A stretch of DNA of 45,564 bases from Rhodothermales bacterium. Its GTDB lineage: Bacteria; Bacteroidota; Rhodothermia; Rhodothermales; UBA10348. Positions 1-9,263 of this stretch are shown here, piece by piece. The position numbers were made by a program, and so were the translations under genes. The notes under the pieces are model-generated. The model did no database searches, had not been told where the DNA came from, and saw nothing but the letters and a program-made list of their open reading frames with translations. How positions within the stretch are numbered: the first letter of the stretch is position 1; every line of letters starts with the position of its first letter. The DNA lies in NCBI GenBank assembly GCA_047611125.1, contig JBLFXH010000003.1, positions 1 to 45,564 of the forward strand, given 5' to 3'.

Positions 1-1
1 C

Positions 2-922
2 CCGTTAAAATTCAGCCAGCTCGGTGCGGCTGACACGGCTGAAATCCGGGAAGACTCGCGGTCTCTCTTGGGTATCTACCCTGAGGACCACCGCTTTGCG
101 GTCTTGCTGCATCCAGAGTGGTTGCCCTTGATCGCGGGCCTGAAGCTGGGCGTCCAGACAAGGGCTGCTGACGGCGACTATCAGGAGATCTTTATGGAGC
201 TCAGCGGCCTTTTCGTCACAGCCGTCCGCTCCCATTTCGAGGCGCACGGCTCCCCAGTGGATTGTGCACCGCTTCAGATAAAGGGTCCGGGTGAGGACCT
301 AGATGAGTCTGTGGTCGAATCGATCACCTACAAACTCCCCTTCTTCATGGAGTGGGAGGGCTCACTCTTGCACGGCTTTGTCCTGGTTTCCAAAGCAGAT
401 GCTCAAGATTCCGAAATCCAGGTCGAAACTGATAGTGAGCAATCGACCCCTCCGCAGACGGATACCATGGAAGACAACCCAGACCCGGCCGACCAAGCCC
501 GTGCGGCTGATCCGGTTCAAGCAACCGGACCCGCGGGTACTCCGCACGATGCCAAGTCTTACGGTTCTAAAGATGCGTCTCCCCTAGCCCCCAGTGAACC
601 GCGCATTCAGGTTCAGGCTGCTGCGTTTCCAGAGCTGGGCGCCGAGTCCTCCGCAACGAGTGGCGCCGCCAATCTCGGCCTGCTTGCCGGCGTAGAACTG
701 GAAGTGACCGTAGAACTGGGACGTCGGCGCATGGCCTTGTCCGACATCCTTCGCCTTACCAATGGAAGCGTACTGGAACTCGAAAAACTCGTTGGTGAGC
801 CGCTGCAGGTTTTCGCCAATAACCGTCTTATCGCCGAAGGCGAAGCCGTGGTAATTGACGAGCAATTTGGTGTTCGCATCACAGCACTGGCTGCACGAGG
901 TGCGGCCAAATTGGTCCGGTAA
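2..922 (+). CDS. fliN: Flagellar motor switch protein FliN with N-terminal CheC/CheX-like extension (FliY-like); 5'-truncated by window edge
   Basis: Frame is open from position 2, upstream of the ORF-track TTG at 68. C-terminal SpoA domain: VELEVTVELGRRRMALSDILRLTNGSVLELEKLVGEPLQVFANNRLIAEGEAVVIDEQFGVRIT. Lies before fliOPQR. Confidence 0.88.
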   Translation, partial: PLKFSQLGAADTAEIREDSRSLLGIYPEDHRFAVLLHPEWLPLIAGLKLGVQTRAADGDYQEIFMELSGLFVTAVRSHFEAHGSPVDCAPLQIKGPGEDLDESVVESITYKLPFFMEWEGSLLHGFVLVSKADAQDSEIQVETDSEQSTPPQTDTMEDNPDPADQARAADPVQATGPAGTPHDAKSYGSKDASPLAPSEPRIQVQAAAFPELGAESSATSGAANLGLLAGVELEVTVELGRRRMALSDILRLTNGSVLELEKLVGEPLQVFANNRLIAEGEAVVIDEQFGVRITALAARGAAKLVR

Positions 923-1032
923 CTCGCTGACACATATCGGCCGGCGGCTAGCTGGCATCCTTTTGGCATCACAACCCGGCAGGGCACGGAAAGACCGTTT
1001 TTGGTCTCTCAGGCCCTGTCACGTTGTAAACG

Positions 1033-1899
1033 ATGCCGAGCATGCGCACAAATTTTCCGCCCACCGAAGCCGGTTCCTCCGCCAAGGAGAGTCTTCGTCG
1101 TGCCCTGATGCTGAGCGTTCTACTAGTAATCGTCTGGTCAGCTATCGCTTTCCTGTCCGATTCCGAGCCTCCAACTGCGGCGGCGACACAGCAGACTGAG
1201 CAGAGCGCCTCCTCCCTCCCCACCCAAACTCCAGGTGTCTCGCCCGAGGGCGAGTTGCTCGCGGCTACAGCCGGGGCCACCGAGGCTCTCGCCGACTTCA
1301 AAGTGCCGGTGGACTCTGGTCTGCTCGCACCGGCGGCTCGAAGCCTCTTTGGCCCAGGATACATGCTTGTCCTCGCGCTCCTGGGTATTGCCGGAACGTG
1401 GGCGCTTTGGCTGAAGAACAAAAAATCGACCGATTCCAGTGCGGCGCAACTCACGGAACTCGGCCGATTCAAACTCGGCCCTCAGCAGCAGGTCCAACTG
1501 CTACGATGTGCCGATGAGGTTTTGCTTCTTGGCGTGGCCAATGGGAGCATCAACCTGCTCAAAGCCTATCCGGCCGCCGAATTTCCGAGCACGGTTATCC
1601 AGGCCACTTCCGAGCGTCCTTCACTGCGGACGACCCTGATCGAACTCGCCTCTTCGTTTCGCGCCAGCCATACAGCTCGGAGGGCTGAGAAGGAGGCGAT
1701 AGCGCACGATGACGACTGGCTCCCAGCCCATCCGGCCAAGGAAGATTTTCCGCCCGGCGTTGAAATCCCGGAGTGGACCATCGCCACTGCCTCGGCCATC
1801 TCGGACGGCCCTGACTTCATGCACGTCCTGAGACGCTACGCCGGCAACAAGACCTACAAGGCCAACACCCTTTATCCGCCCACTGGCGCCACTAACTGA
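1033..1899 (+). CDS. fliO: Flagellar biosynthesis protein FliO-like
   Basis: TM helix followed by LTELGRFKLGPQQQVQLLRCADEVLLLGVANGSINLL (FliO core pattern); located between fliN and fliP. Confidence 0.78.
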   Translation: MPSMRTNFPPTEAGSSAKESLRRALMLSVLLVIVWSAIAFLSDSEPPTAAATQQTEQSASSLPTQTPGVSPEGELLAATAGATEALADFKVPVDSGLLAPAARSLFGPGYMLVLALLGIAGTWALWLKNKKSTDSSAAQLTELGRFKLGPQQQVQLLRCADEVLLLGVANGSINLLKAYPAAEFPSTVIQATSERPSLRTTLIELASSFRASHTARRAEKEAIAHDDDWLPAHPAKEDFPPGVEIPEWTIATASAISDGPDFMHVLRRYAGNKTYKANTLYPPTGATN

Positions 1900-1900
1900 T

Positions 1901-2746
1901 ATGTCGAGAGCCCGCTTCCTCCCGCTCTTCCTGATCTCGGTCCTCACGCTGATGCCGGTACTCCCGGCTCTAGCCCAGCAGACTCAGACAGCAACGCCAC
2001 AGACACAGCTCCCGTCCGGACAGGCTGCCACCGGGCAGGCTGCCCCACAAGGCCTGTCACCCGGCATGCTCTCCCAGCTGCCTTCCATCAGCCTGGGAGA
2101 CCCCGACTCTGAAGGCTACGCCCTTCCCATTCAGCTGCTTCTGCTGCTGACCGTGCTTTCGCTGGCACCGGCCATCGTCATCCTGATGACCAGCTTCACC
2201 CGTCTCGTGGTGATCCTAGGCATTCTCCGGCAGGCAATGGGCACGGCCCAATCCCCACCAACCCAGGTGCTGATTGGCCTAGCCATCTTCCTGACCATGT
2301 TCATCATGGCGCCGGTCTTCACGGAGATAAATCAAAACGCGCTCGACCCCTACATGAACGGCCAGATCAGTCAGGAAGTGGCCTTTGCGAATGCCTCCAA
2401 GCCCATCAAGAAGTTCATGCTGACGCAGACCCGGCCTAAGGATCTGCTCCTGTTCATGGACATGGCCAAGGTCAACTCCTTCCAGAATGGGGATGACACC
2501 CCACTTTACGTCCTGGTCCCAGCCTATGTGATCAGTGAACTCCGAATCGCCTTCCAGATCGGGTTCATGATCTTCCTGCCCTTCCTCATCGTGGACCTTG
2601 TCGTGGCCTCCGTGCTCATGAGCATGGGCATGATGATGCTTCCACCGGTCATGATCTCCCTTCCGATGAAGCTGCTGCTGTTCGTTCTCGCGGACGGCTG
2701 GTATCTCATTGTCGAATCGGTGGTCCGCGCCTACATCGGCTCCTAA
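1901..2746 (+). CDS. fliP: Flagellar export gate protein FliP
   Basis: Signal peptide; LLTVLSLAPAIVILMTSFTR; AFQIGFMIFLPFLIVDLVVASVLMSMGMMMLPP; KLLLFVLADGW. Confidence 0.97.
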   Translation: MSRARFLPLFLISVLTLMPVLPALAQQTQTATPQTQLPSGQAATGQAAPQGLSPGMLSQLPSISLGDPDSEGYALPIQLLLLLTVLSLAPAIVILMTSFTRLVVILGILRQAMGTAQSPPTQVLIGLAIFLTMFIMAPVFTEINQNALDPYMNGQISQEVAFANASKPIKKFMLTQTRPKDLLLFMDMAKVNSFQNGDDTPLYVLVPAYVISELRIAFQIGFMIFLPFLIVDLVVASVLMSMGMMMLPPVMISLPMKLLLFVLADGWYLIVESVVRAYIGS

Positions 2747-2767
2747 GAGCCTCACAACCCCACGAAA

Positions 2768-3037
2768 ATGAATGTAGACGTCGCTCTTTACTGGGTCTCT
2801 CAGTCCATGATGTTGGCCGTCATGCTGGCAGGACCCCTCCTCATTTCCGCACTCTGTGTTGGTATTTGTGTTTCGCTCTTCCAGGCGGTGACCTCGATGC
2901 AGGAGATGACCCTGAGTTACATCCCCAAGATTGCCATTGTCGGCGGAGTCCTACTCCTCCTGACGCCCTGGATGCTTGAGATGATGACAGACTTCACCAC
3001 TCAGGTCTTCACCTTCATACCGAACGTATCCCATTGA
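2768..3037 (+). CDS. fliQ: Flagellar export gate protein FliQ
   Basis: 89 aa; SLFQAVTSMQEMTLSYIPK motif. Confidence 0.96.
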   Translation: MNVDVALYWVSQSMMLAVMLAGPLLISALCVGICVSLFQAVTSMQEMTLSYIPKIAIVGGVLLLLTPWMLEMMTDFTTQVFTFIPNVSH

Positions 3038-3816
3038 CTCCTGAGGACCTGCTCGATCCCGTCAGGATTGCAGCCATCTTCCTGATCTTTGTGCGCGTAG
3101 CCGGCATGATGTCGGCTGCCCCGTTTTTCGGGCACAAGTCGATTCCAGTGAAGCTCCGCCTCCTCCTGGCCATCCTGCTGTCCTGGGTGGTCGTGGGCTT
3201 TGTGACCCCACCCCCCGCGCATCTGATCGCCCGGCCCCTCGGCCTTGTTGTGGCGATTGGAACTGAGATGCTGACCGGCATCGCCATTGGCTTTGCCGCC
3301 CAGTTTCTCTTCTGGGGCGTGCAGTATGCCTCGGACGTCCTCGGATTCCAGATGGGCCTTGCGATGGCTCAGGTTTTCGATCCGACCACGAACTCGAATA
3401 CCAATCCGCTCGGACGCCTTCTGATGATGGCGTTCCTGATGATCTTCATTGCCCTGGATGGGCAGCACGTGCTGCTGGAGGGGCTGGTCTATTCGTTCGA
3501 TGCCGTCCCGCTGGCCGGCGGCAATATCACGGCCACAGGCCCCCAACTCCTGAAGATGGCCGGTGGGCTGTTTACGACAGGCCTCCGCCTGGCCTCCCCT
3601 TTCATGGTCACCTTCTTTCTGGTGGAATCGGCAATGGGCATCTTTGCCCGGGTGGTCCCCCAGGCTGACATCTTCTCATTGGGCATGCCGATCAAGCTAT
3701 TGATCGGGCTGAGCCTTGCTGTCCTTTTCGTGCAGAACTTGGTGCCTCTTGCGCCCGAGCTGCTGGACAACATGGCCACCAACGTCCTTGACCTGCTGAG
3801 CGTCCTCGGGTCATGA
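3034..3816 (+). CDS. fliR: Flagellar export gate protein FliR
   Basis: TTG start overlapping fliQ stop; APFFG, GFQMGLAMAQVFDP, ARVVPQADIFSLGMPIK. Confidence 0.95.
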   Translation: MTPEDLLDPVRIAAIFLIFVRVAGMMSAAPFFGHKSIPVKLRLLLAILLSWVVVGFVTPPPAHLIARPLGLVVAIGTEMLTGIAIGFAAQFLFWGVQYASDVLGFQMGLAMAQVFDPTTNSNTNPLGRLLMMAFLMIFIALDGQHVLLEGLVYSFDAVPLAGGNITATGPQLLKMAGGLFTTGLRLASPFMVTFFLVESAMGIFARVVPQADIFSLGMPIKLLIGLSLAVLFVQNLVPLAPELLDNMATNVLDLLSVLGS

Positions 3817-4883
3817 GTGAAGACAAATCAGATAAGATTTTTGACCCCACGCCGGGTCGAATACGCAAGGCCCGAGAGGATGGCAATCTGTTCAAGTCGC
3901 AGGACGTGACGTCGATCGCGCTTCTGATGACGGGTGTGACCATGATTGTGACCTTCATGCCTCTGGCTTTTGACACCCTGAAGACCATGGCCGCGCGGAC
4001 GTTCTTGGCCTCGGCCACCACGCCGGTCAATCTGAGTTCCATGCCTTCCATCCTGCAGGATATCGGGATGGAGACGGCGATGATCCTGGCGCCGTTCGTA
4101 GGCTCCATTCTGGTCACCTCCATCGGCATTCAGTTGGCGCAGAGCGGTTGGAACGTGACCACGAAACCGCTCGAACCCAAGCCAGACAGGGTTTCCCCTC
4201 TCAAGGGGTTCAAGCGGATATTCTCTGCTAAGGGCGCCTTCAATACCATCAAGGCCGTCGTCAAGATCGCCATCGTTGGGCCTGTCGCATACGCCGAAAT
4301 ATCGGGCCGCATGGACGAGATCCTGATGCTACCCGCTCTGGCGATGCCCGAGATCGTAGGGCTCGCTGGGACCTGGATGGCCATCATGGTCTACAAGCTC
4401 CTCATGGTGCTGCTGTTGCTCTCCGTGGTGGACGCCGCCTTCGAGAAGTGGAAGTACCACGAGGACCTGAAGATGAGCAAGCAGGAGGTCAAGGACGAGT
4501 CCCGCCAGTCGGATGGAGATCCGCACGTCAAGTCGCGCCGGAAGCAGCTGGCCATGGAGATGAAGCGCCGGCCGCGGTTGGACCACGCCATTCTGAAGGC
4601 AGACGTCGTCATCACGAACCCGACTCACTTTGCCGTGATGCTCCGGTACGATCCGGAAGAGTCTACCGCGCCCTTTGTCCTGGCCAAGGGTATCCGCAAG
4701 CGGGCGCTCCGCATCAAGTCCCTTGCCTTCGAATATGAGGTTCCGATGGTCGAAGACCGGCCGTTGGCCCGGGCTTTGTATCACACCGTAGAAGAGATGG
4801 CTGAGATACCCGCGGATCTGTATCCCGCAGTAGCCACAATCCTGGCGGAAATCTATCGCCAGAAGGGTCTCTCACTCAACTAA
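3813..4883 (+). CDS. flhB: Flagellar export switch protein FlhB
   Basis: PTPGRIRKAREDG, LKMSKQEVKDE..SDGDPHVK, autocleavage motif NPTH. Confidence 0.97.
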   Translation: MSEDKSDKIFDPTPGRIRKAREDGNLFKSQDVTSIALLMTGVTMIVTFMPLAFDTLKTMAARTFLASATTPVNLSSMPSILQDIGMETAMILAPFVGSILVTSIGIQLAQSGWNVTTKPLEPKPDRVSPLKGFKRIFSAKGAFNTIKAVVKIAIVGPVAYAEISGRMDEILMLPALAMPEIVGLAGTWMAIMVYKLLMVLLLLSVVDAAFEKWKYHEDLKMSKQEVKDESRQSDGDPHVKSRRKQLAMEMKRRPRLDHAILKADVVITNPTHFAVMLRYDPEESTAPFVLAKGIRKRALRIKSLAFEYEVPMVEDRPLARALYHTVEEMAEIPADLYPAVATILAEIYRQKGLSLN

Positions 4884-4907
4884 CCCCACCCCGCTCCAAC
4901 CAAGTCT

Positions 4908-7028
4908 GTGGCCAAGATCACCCCCAAATTAGCTTCAGTTGACGATTCTGGCACGAGTGCCAACGTCGAAGCTGTGATCGCGACGACGTTTGTCAGCATC
5001 CTGTTGGTGCTGGTTATTCCGCTGCCGGAGTTCATTCTGGATCTCCTGCTGGCTACCAATATTGCCATCAGTCTGGCGGTGCTCCTGACGGCATTTTATG
5101 CCGAGAGGCCGCTCGATTTTGCCGTCTTTCCGGGGCTGCTTCTGGTTACCACGCTGTTCCGACTCTCGCTGAATGTGGCCTCGACCCGGCTCATCCTAAG
5201 TGAGGCCAAGGCCGGTGAGCTGATCCAGGCCTTCGGCGACATTGTCGTTGCCGGCAACTACGTGGTTGGAACGATCATCTTCTTGGTCCTGGTGATCATC
5301 AACTTTGTGGTCATCACAAAGGGTTCTGGACGAATCGCTGAGGTCGCGGCCCGGTTTACGCTCGATGCCCTTCCCGGCAAGCAGATGGCCATCGACGCAG
5401 ACCTCAATGCGGGTTTGATTGATGACGACACCGCCCGGACACGTCGTGACGAGGTTGGGCGCGAAGCCGATTTCTACGGCGCAATGGACGGCGCCAGCAA
5501 GTTTGTCCGCGGAGACGCCATTGCAGGACTCATTATCACCGCCATCAACATCGTTGGTGGACTGATCGTCGGAATCGTCCAACTCGGTCTCGGTGCCGGC
5601 GAAGCGGCCAGCACGTTCGTGCTCCTCTCTATTGGTGATGGCCTGGTCTCGCAGATACCCGCCCTGTTGATCTCGACCGCCGCCGGTATCATCGTGTCCA
5701 GGGCCAGTGGCTCCACCAATCTCGCGACCGACTTCAAGCTGCAGCTGTTCAGCAGACCCTATCCACTGCTCATCACGGGCGGTTTTCTGGCACTGATTGG
5801 CGTGGTTCCTGGGCTTCCCATCACTCCTTTCTGGTTGTTGGCGGGCGGTCTCATCTACCTCGGTCGGCGCAGACTACAGATAGAAAGCGAAGAGGCGGCA
5901 TCGGAAGTAGCCACTGCTCAGGCCAAGCAGGCCGAAGAGGACGAGCCGGACAAGGAGGACAAGCCGTCAGATCTACTGCTGGTGGATCCCCTCGAACTCG
6001 AAATCGGCTATGCGCTGATCCCCATCGTCGACCCCAACCAGTCCGGCGATCTGCTGGAGCGCGTCCGCCTCCTGCGTCAGCAGCTGGCCATGGAACTCGG
6101 CATCGTAGTTCCTCCAATTCGGATCCGGGACAACGTCGCCCTGGGATCCAACAAGTATGTGATCAAGCTCAAAGGCAACCCCATTGCCGAGGGCGAAGTG
6201 CTTCCGAATTACCACCTGGCCCTGGTCCCAGAGGGCTCCGGCTCGTTGCCTCCCGGCATCGAGGTCAAGGACCCGACCTTTGGACTCCCTGCCATCTGGG
6301 TATCTCAGCGCCACCTGCCAGACGCCGAACGCATGGGCCTCTCTCTAGTCGAGGCTCCGGCGGTTGTCACTACCCATCTGCTCGAAATCCTCCGCAAGTC
6401 GGCCTACCAGTTGCTGGACCGCCAGGAGGTCAAGAAGCTTATCGACAAGGTCCAGGAGACCGCTCCCGCTCTCGTGGAGGAGCTGGTCCCCGATCAGCTC
6501 TCCATTGGTTCGATTCAGAAGGTGCTCAAGCGCCTGCTCCGCGAGTCCATTCCGATCCGGGACCTCATCTCGATTCTGGAAGCCTTGGCCGACAACATCC
6601 CGAACACCAAGAATATCGACGTGCTCACCGAGTACGTCCGTGCAGCGCTGGCGCCGACCATCACACGCCAGTTTGCAGACCCCGACAGTATTGTCCGCGC
6701 GCTCGTCCTGGAACCCTCCGTCGAGCAGGAACTGCTTGGCCGTGCCAAGACCGGCGAATTGCAGGCCGGTACGCTGGGCCTGCCTCCGCAGCGTGCAGAG
6801 GCACTTGTGGAATCCGCTAAGAACTATGCCCGGGAAATGCTCGCCGAGGGTCACACGCCCATCCTGCTGGCATCCCCCGTCCTCCGCCCCACCCTATTTG
6901 GCTTTCTGGCTCCAATGATCCAGGAGATTGTGGTGCTCTCTTACCACGATCTGCTCTCCGACGTCCAAGTGGACATTGTCGGGCAAGTCAGTTTTGACAG
7001 ACTCGAAGCCGTAGCCGCAGCCGCCTAG
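4908..7028 (+). CDS. flhA: Flagellar export protein FlhA
   Basis: FHIPEP motifs RIAEVAARFTLDALPGKQMAIDADLNAG and FYGAMDGASKFVRGDA; 706 aa. Confidence 0.98.
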   Translation: MAKITPKLASVDDSGTSANVEAVIATTFVSILLVLVIPLPEFILDLLLATNIAISLAVLLTAFYAERPLDFAVFPGLLLVTTLFRLSLNVASTRLILSEAKAGELIQAFGDIVVAGNYVVGTIIFLVLVIINFVVITKGSGRIAEVAARFTLDALPGKQMAIDADLNAGLIDDDTARTRRDEVGREADFYGAMDGASKFVRGDAIAGLIITAINIVGGLIVGIVQLGLGAGEAASTFVLLSIGDGLVSQIPALLISTAAGIIVSRASGSTNLATDFKLQLFSRPYPLLITGGFLALIGVVPGLPITPFWLLAGGLIYLGRRRLQIESEEAASEVATAQAKQAEEDEPDKEDKPSDLLLVDPLELEIGYALIPIVDPNQSGDLLERVRLLRQQLAMELGIVVPPIRIRDNVALGSNKYVIKLKGNPIAEGEVLPNYHLALVPEGSGSLPPGIEVKDPTFGLPAIWVSQRHLPDAERMGLSLVEAPAVVTTHLLEILRKSAYQLLDRQEVKKLIDKVQETAPALVEELVPDQLSIGSIQKVLKRLLRESIPIRDLISILEALADNIPNTKNIDVLTEYVRAALAPTITRQFADPDSIVRALVLEPSVEQELLGRAKTGELQAGTLGLPPQRAEALVESAKNYAREMLAEGHTPILLASPVLRPTLFGFLAPMIQEIVVLSYHDLLSDVQVDIVGQVSFDRLEAVAAAA

Positions 7029-7030
7029 TT

Positions 7031-8203
7031 ATGGAGATTAAAACACTTACCGGAACATCCATCTCCGATGCGCTCGCCGAGGCTCGCAGCCTCTGGGGAG
7101 ATTCCGTGGTCATGCTTCAGGCTCAGCCCCCGACACCGGGACAGCGGGCGCGCATCGCTGTCGGCATTCGCAATGCTGAACCGGCCGCGGCTGCACCCGT
7201 CGATCTGGTTGTCGCCGACCTGCTTCAGGCTGCCGCGAGCGAATCTGGTGGCACCGGCGTTGCATCTTGGAATACGGACTCCGCAGGAGGCCTTCTCTCT
7301 TCGAGGCGGCCAGCGATTTCCGGGCGCTCGACTGCGTCAGAGATTGCGGTCACGCCGCCACCTGGCGCCCTTCGACGCTCAGCTCGTGGCACGGGGGCGC
7401 TCTTGGAACGACGCATCAGGCCTGCCACCGAAGTGTTCGCACACATCTCAAGTGGCCGAGAGACCGCCGCCGACCTGGAGCCGACGGCTCCGGCAGAAGC
7501 GCCTTTAGAAGACCAGCGCGATCCGACGCGCGCACCCCTCTTTGGACAGCTGATTCGTCAGGGTATCCGACCCAAGAGAGCCCGCCTTCTTGCGGAGGCG
7601 TCTCTTCATTACGGTATCCAGGACGCGGTCCAGATGCTGGCCGAGTATCTCCCTCCTAAAACTACAGGACGGGCCCCGTCCCGTGTCTTGTTCACTGGCG
7701 AAGCCGGTGCAGGCAAAACGGCACTGGTGCTTCGTAGCGCTTTGTCCCGAATCCGGGCTGGCCGCCGGGCCCCCTCCATCGTTGTGGTAGCACCACGGAC
7801 TAGCGATCTCCGCGGATGGCAGGATCCCACTTCTATGTTCGAATCATTCGATCTGCACGTGGTTCGCTGTAGCCGCGAAGCCCTTCCATCAGCGCTAGCC
7901 GCTCTGGATGGCGAAGTACTGATCGATACGCCCGCTGGCTTCAGAGTACCCAAGGGTTTGGACGCACATGTTCGGCAGGTTATCGATGCCCGGGCCGCTG
8001 GGTCAGGATCGACTAGCGACCGCGAGGTCTCCGATTCAGTGATTCTCACCCACATCGACAGCGCCTCGACTCTCGGCTATGTAACCGAGCGACTGATTGA
8101 AATGAATATCCCAGTCTCTGCTCTGGTTCGATCCGGACAGCCGGAGGGACACCTAGAACCCTACTCTCCGAAGGCCTTTGCTGCGACGGTCTGCCATGTT
8201 TAA
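7031..8203 (+). CDS. flhF: FlhF-like SRP-family GTPase, highly divergent
   Basis: N-terminus MEIKTLTGTSISDALAEARSLWGDSVVML matches the FlhF B-domain start; P-loop GEAGAGKT, DTPAG, THID, SGQ; canonical position between flhA and flhG. Confidence 0.75.
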   Translation: MEIKTLTGTSISDALAEARSLWGDSVVMLQAQPPTPGQRARIAVGIRNAEPAAAAPVDLVVADLLQAAASESGGTGVASWNTDSAGGLLSSRRPAISGRSTASEIAVTPPPGALRRSARGTGALLERRIRPATEVFAHISSGRETAADLEPTAPAEAPLEDQRDPTRAPLFGQLIRQGIRPKRARLLAEASLHYGIQDAVQMLAEYLPPKTTGRAPSRVLFTGEAGAGKTALVLRSALSRIRAGRRAPSIVVVAPRTSDLRGWQDPTSMFESFDLHVVRCSREALPSALAALDGEVLIDTPAGFRVPKGLDAHVRQVIDARAAGSGSTSDREVSDSVILTHIDSASTLGYVTERLIEMNIPVSALVRSGQPEGHLEPYSPKAFAATVCHV

Positions 8204-8897
8204 TGACGGCGGACAAGACACGCGCGTAGTGACGGTCGTGTCTGGAAAAGGCGGTGTTGGAAAAAGTGTCCTTGCGGTGAATCTCGCAACAACCCTGGCC
8301 TCAGGGGGCCGGCGAGTTGCCCTTCTTGACGCGGACATCGGACAGGGCTCCTGCGCCTACCTGGTTGGGCCGGGATCGCCAGTACAACTCATCACGCCGG
8401 ACCCCGAACTGGACCCCGCAGATGCTCTGGACTGCCTCGAGAGCCAGCTGATTCTCCTACGGAGCCAAGCCGATCTCATTCTGATTGATGCTCCTGCCGG
8501 AATTGGACCCACCGTACGGTGGGCGCTCGACCGTGCAGACGCAGGATTGCTGGTCCTGGTGGACGAGCCTACGGCCGTCGCCGACGCTTACGCGCTTGCC
8601 AAGCTGACCTGGCATCACGATTCCTCCTATCCATTGGCCGGCGTGGTGAACATGGTTGATTCCGCCCTGGAAGCCGCCGATGTCATGGAACGCTTCTCTG
8701 CGCTCACCTCACACTTTCTGGATCGGAAGATCCTGTACGGCGGCTGGGTACCTTTTTCCGGGGCCGTCCGTGCCTCCGTCCGGAAGCAGATTCCCGCTAT
8801 CGGTGAAAGTATGGCCGTCGCAAGGGCCTTCGAGGACTTGGCAGGCCGGGTTCGATGCGGTCTCTTTCAGACTCTCGCGCCTTTGGCAATGAACTGA
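8196..8897 (+). CDS. flhG: FlhG/FleN (MinD-like ATPase), shortened
   Basis: Deviant Walker A SGKGGVGKS, DADIG, IDAPAGIG, EPTAVADAYALAK, VVNMV. ATG at 8196 overlaps the flhF end and is preferred over TTG 8178. Confidence 0.85.
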   Translation: MFNDGGQDTRVVTVVSGKGGVGKSVLAVNLATTLASGGRRVALLDADIGQGSCAYLVGPGSPVQLITPDPELDPADALDCLESQLILLRSQADLILIDAPAGIGPTVRWALDRADAGLLVLVDEPTAVADAYALAKLTWHHDSSYPLAGVVNMVDSALEAADVMERFSALTSHFLDRKILYGGWVPFSGAVRASVRKQIPAIGESMAVARAFEDLAGRVRCGLFQTLAPLAMN

Positions 8898-8952
8898 TGC
8901 CTTCAGGCACACTAGTTGCATCCCTTCTAATCGGACCTGTAACCCCCATTCC

Positions 8953-9240
8953 ATGCGCGCCCTCTTTTCCCAATTCAGCGGCTTGATCGGCATACTCACT
9001 TTTGTGAATCAGATGCTGTCGAGTGCTCCGGTTGAAAAGGCCGTGCTAACTGGAGCCGGTGCAGGGCTGGCGGTCTACGTTGTTCTACTTCTTGGCGATG
9101 TCGTGATCCAACGACTCCTGGAGCAGGCAGCAGCTACCCAGAACAGTAATTCCAGCCAACAGGCCCCACAATCCCGATCGGACGAGACATCGGAGGCTTC
9201 TGCCTCTGCGTCCGGCGAACAGGACGCCAAGGCGGCCTGA
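8953..9240 (+). CDS. Small hypothetical membrane protein in flagellar operon
   Basis: 95 aa; two hydrophobic segments and a low-complexity S/Q/A tail; fills the flhG-fliA gap on the same strand. Confidence 0.65.
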   Translation: MRALFSQFSGLIGILTFVNQMLSSAPVEKAVLTGAGAGLAVYVVLLLGDVVIQRLLEQAAATQNSNSSQQAPQSRSDETSEASASASGEQDAKAA

Positions 9241-9263
9241 CCATACTCAAGCGCTGAACCATC

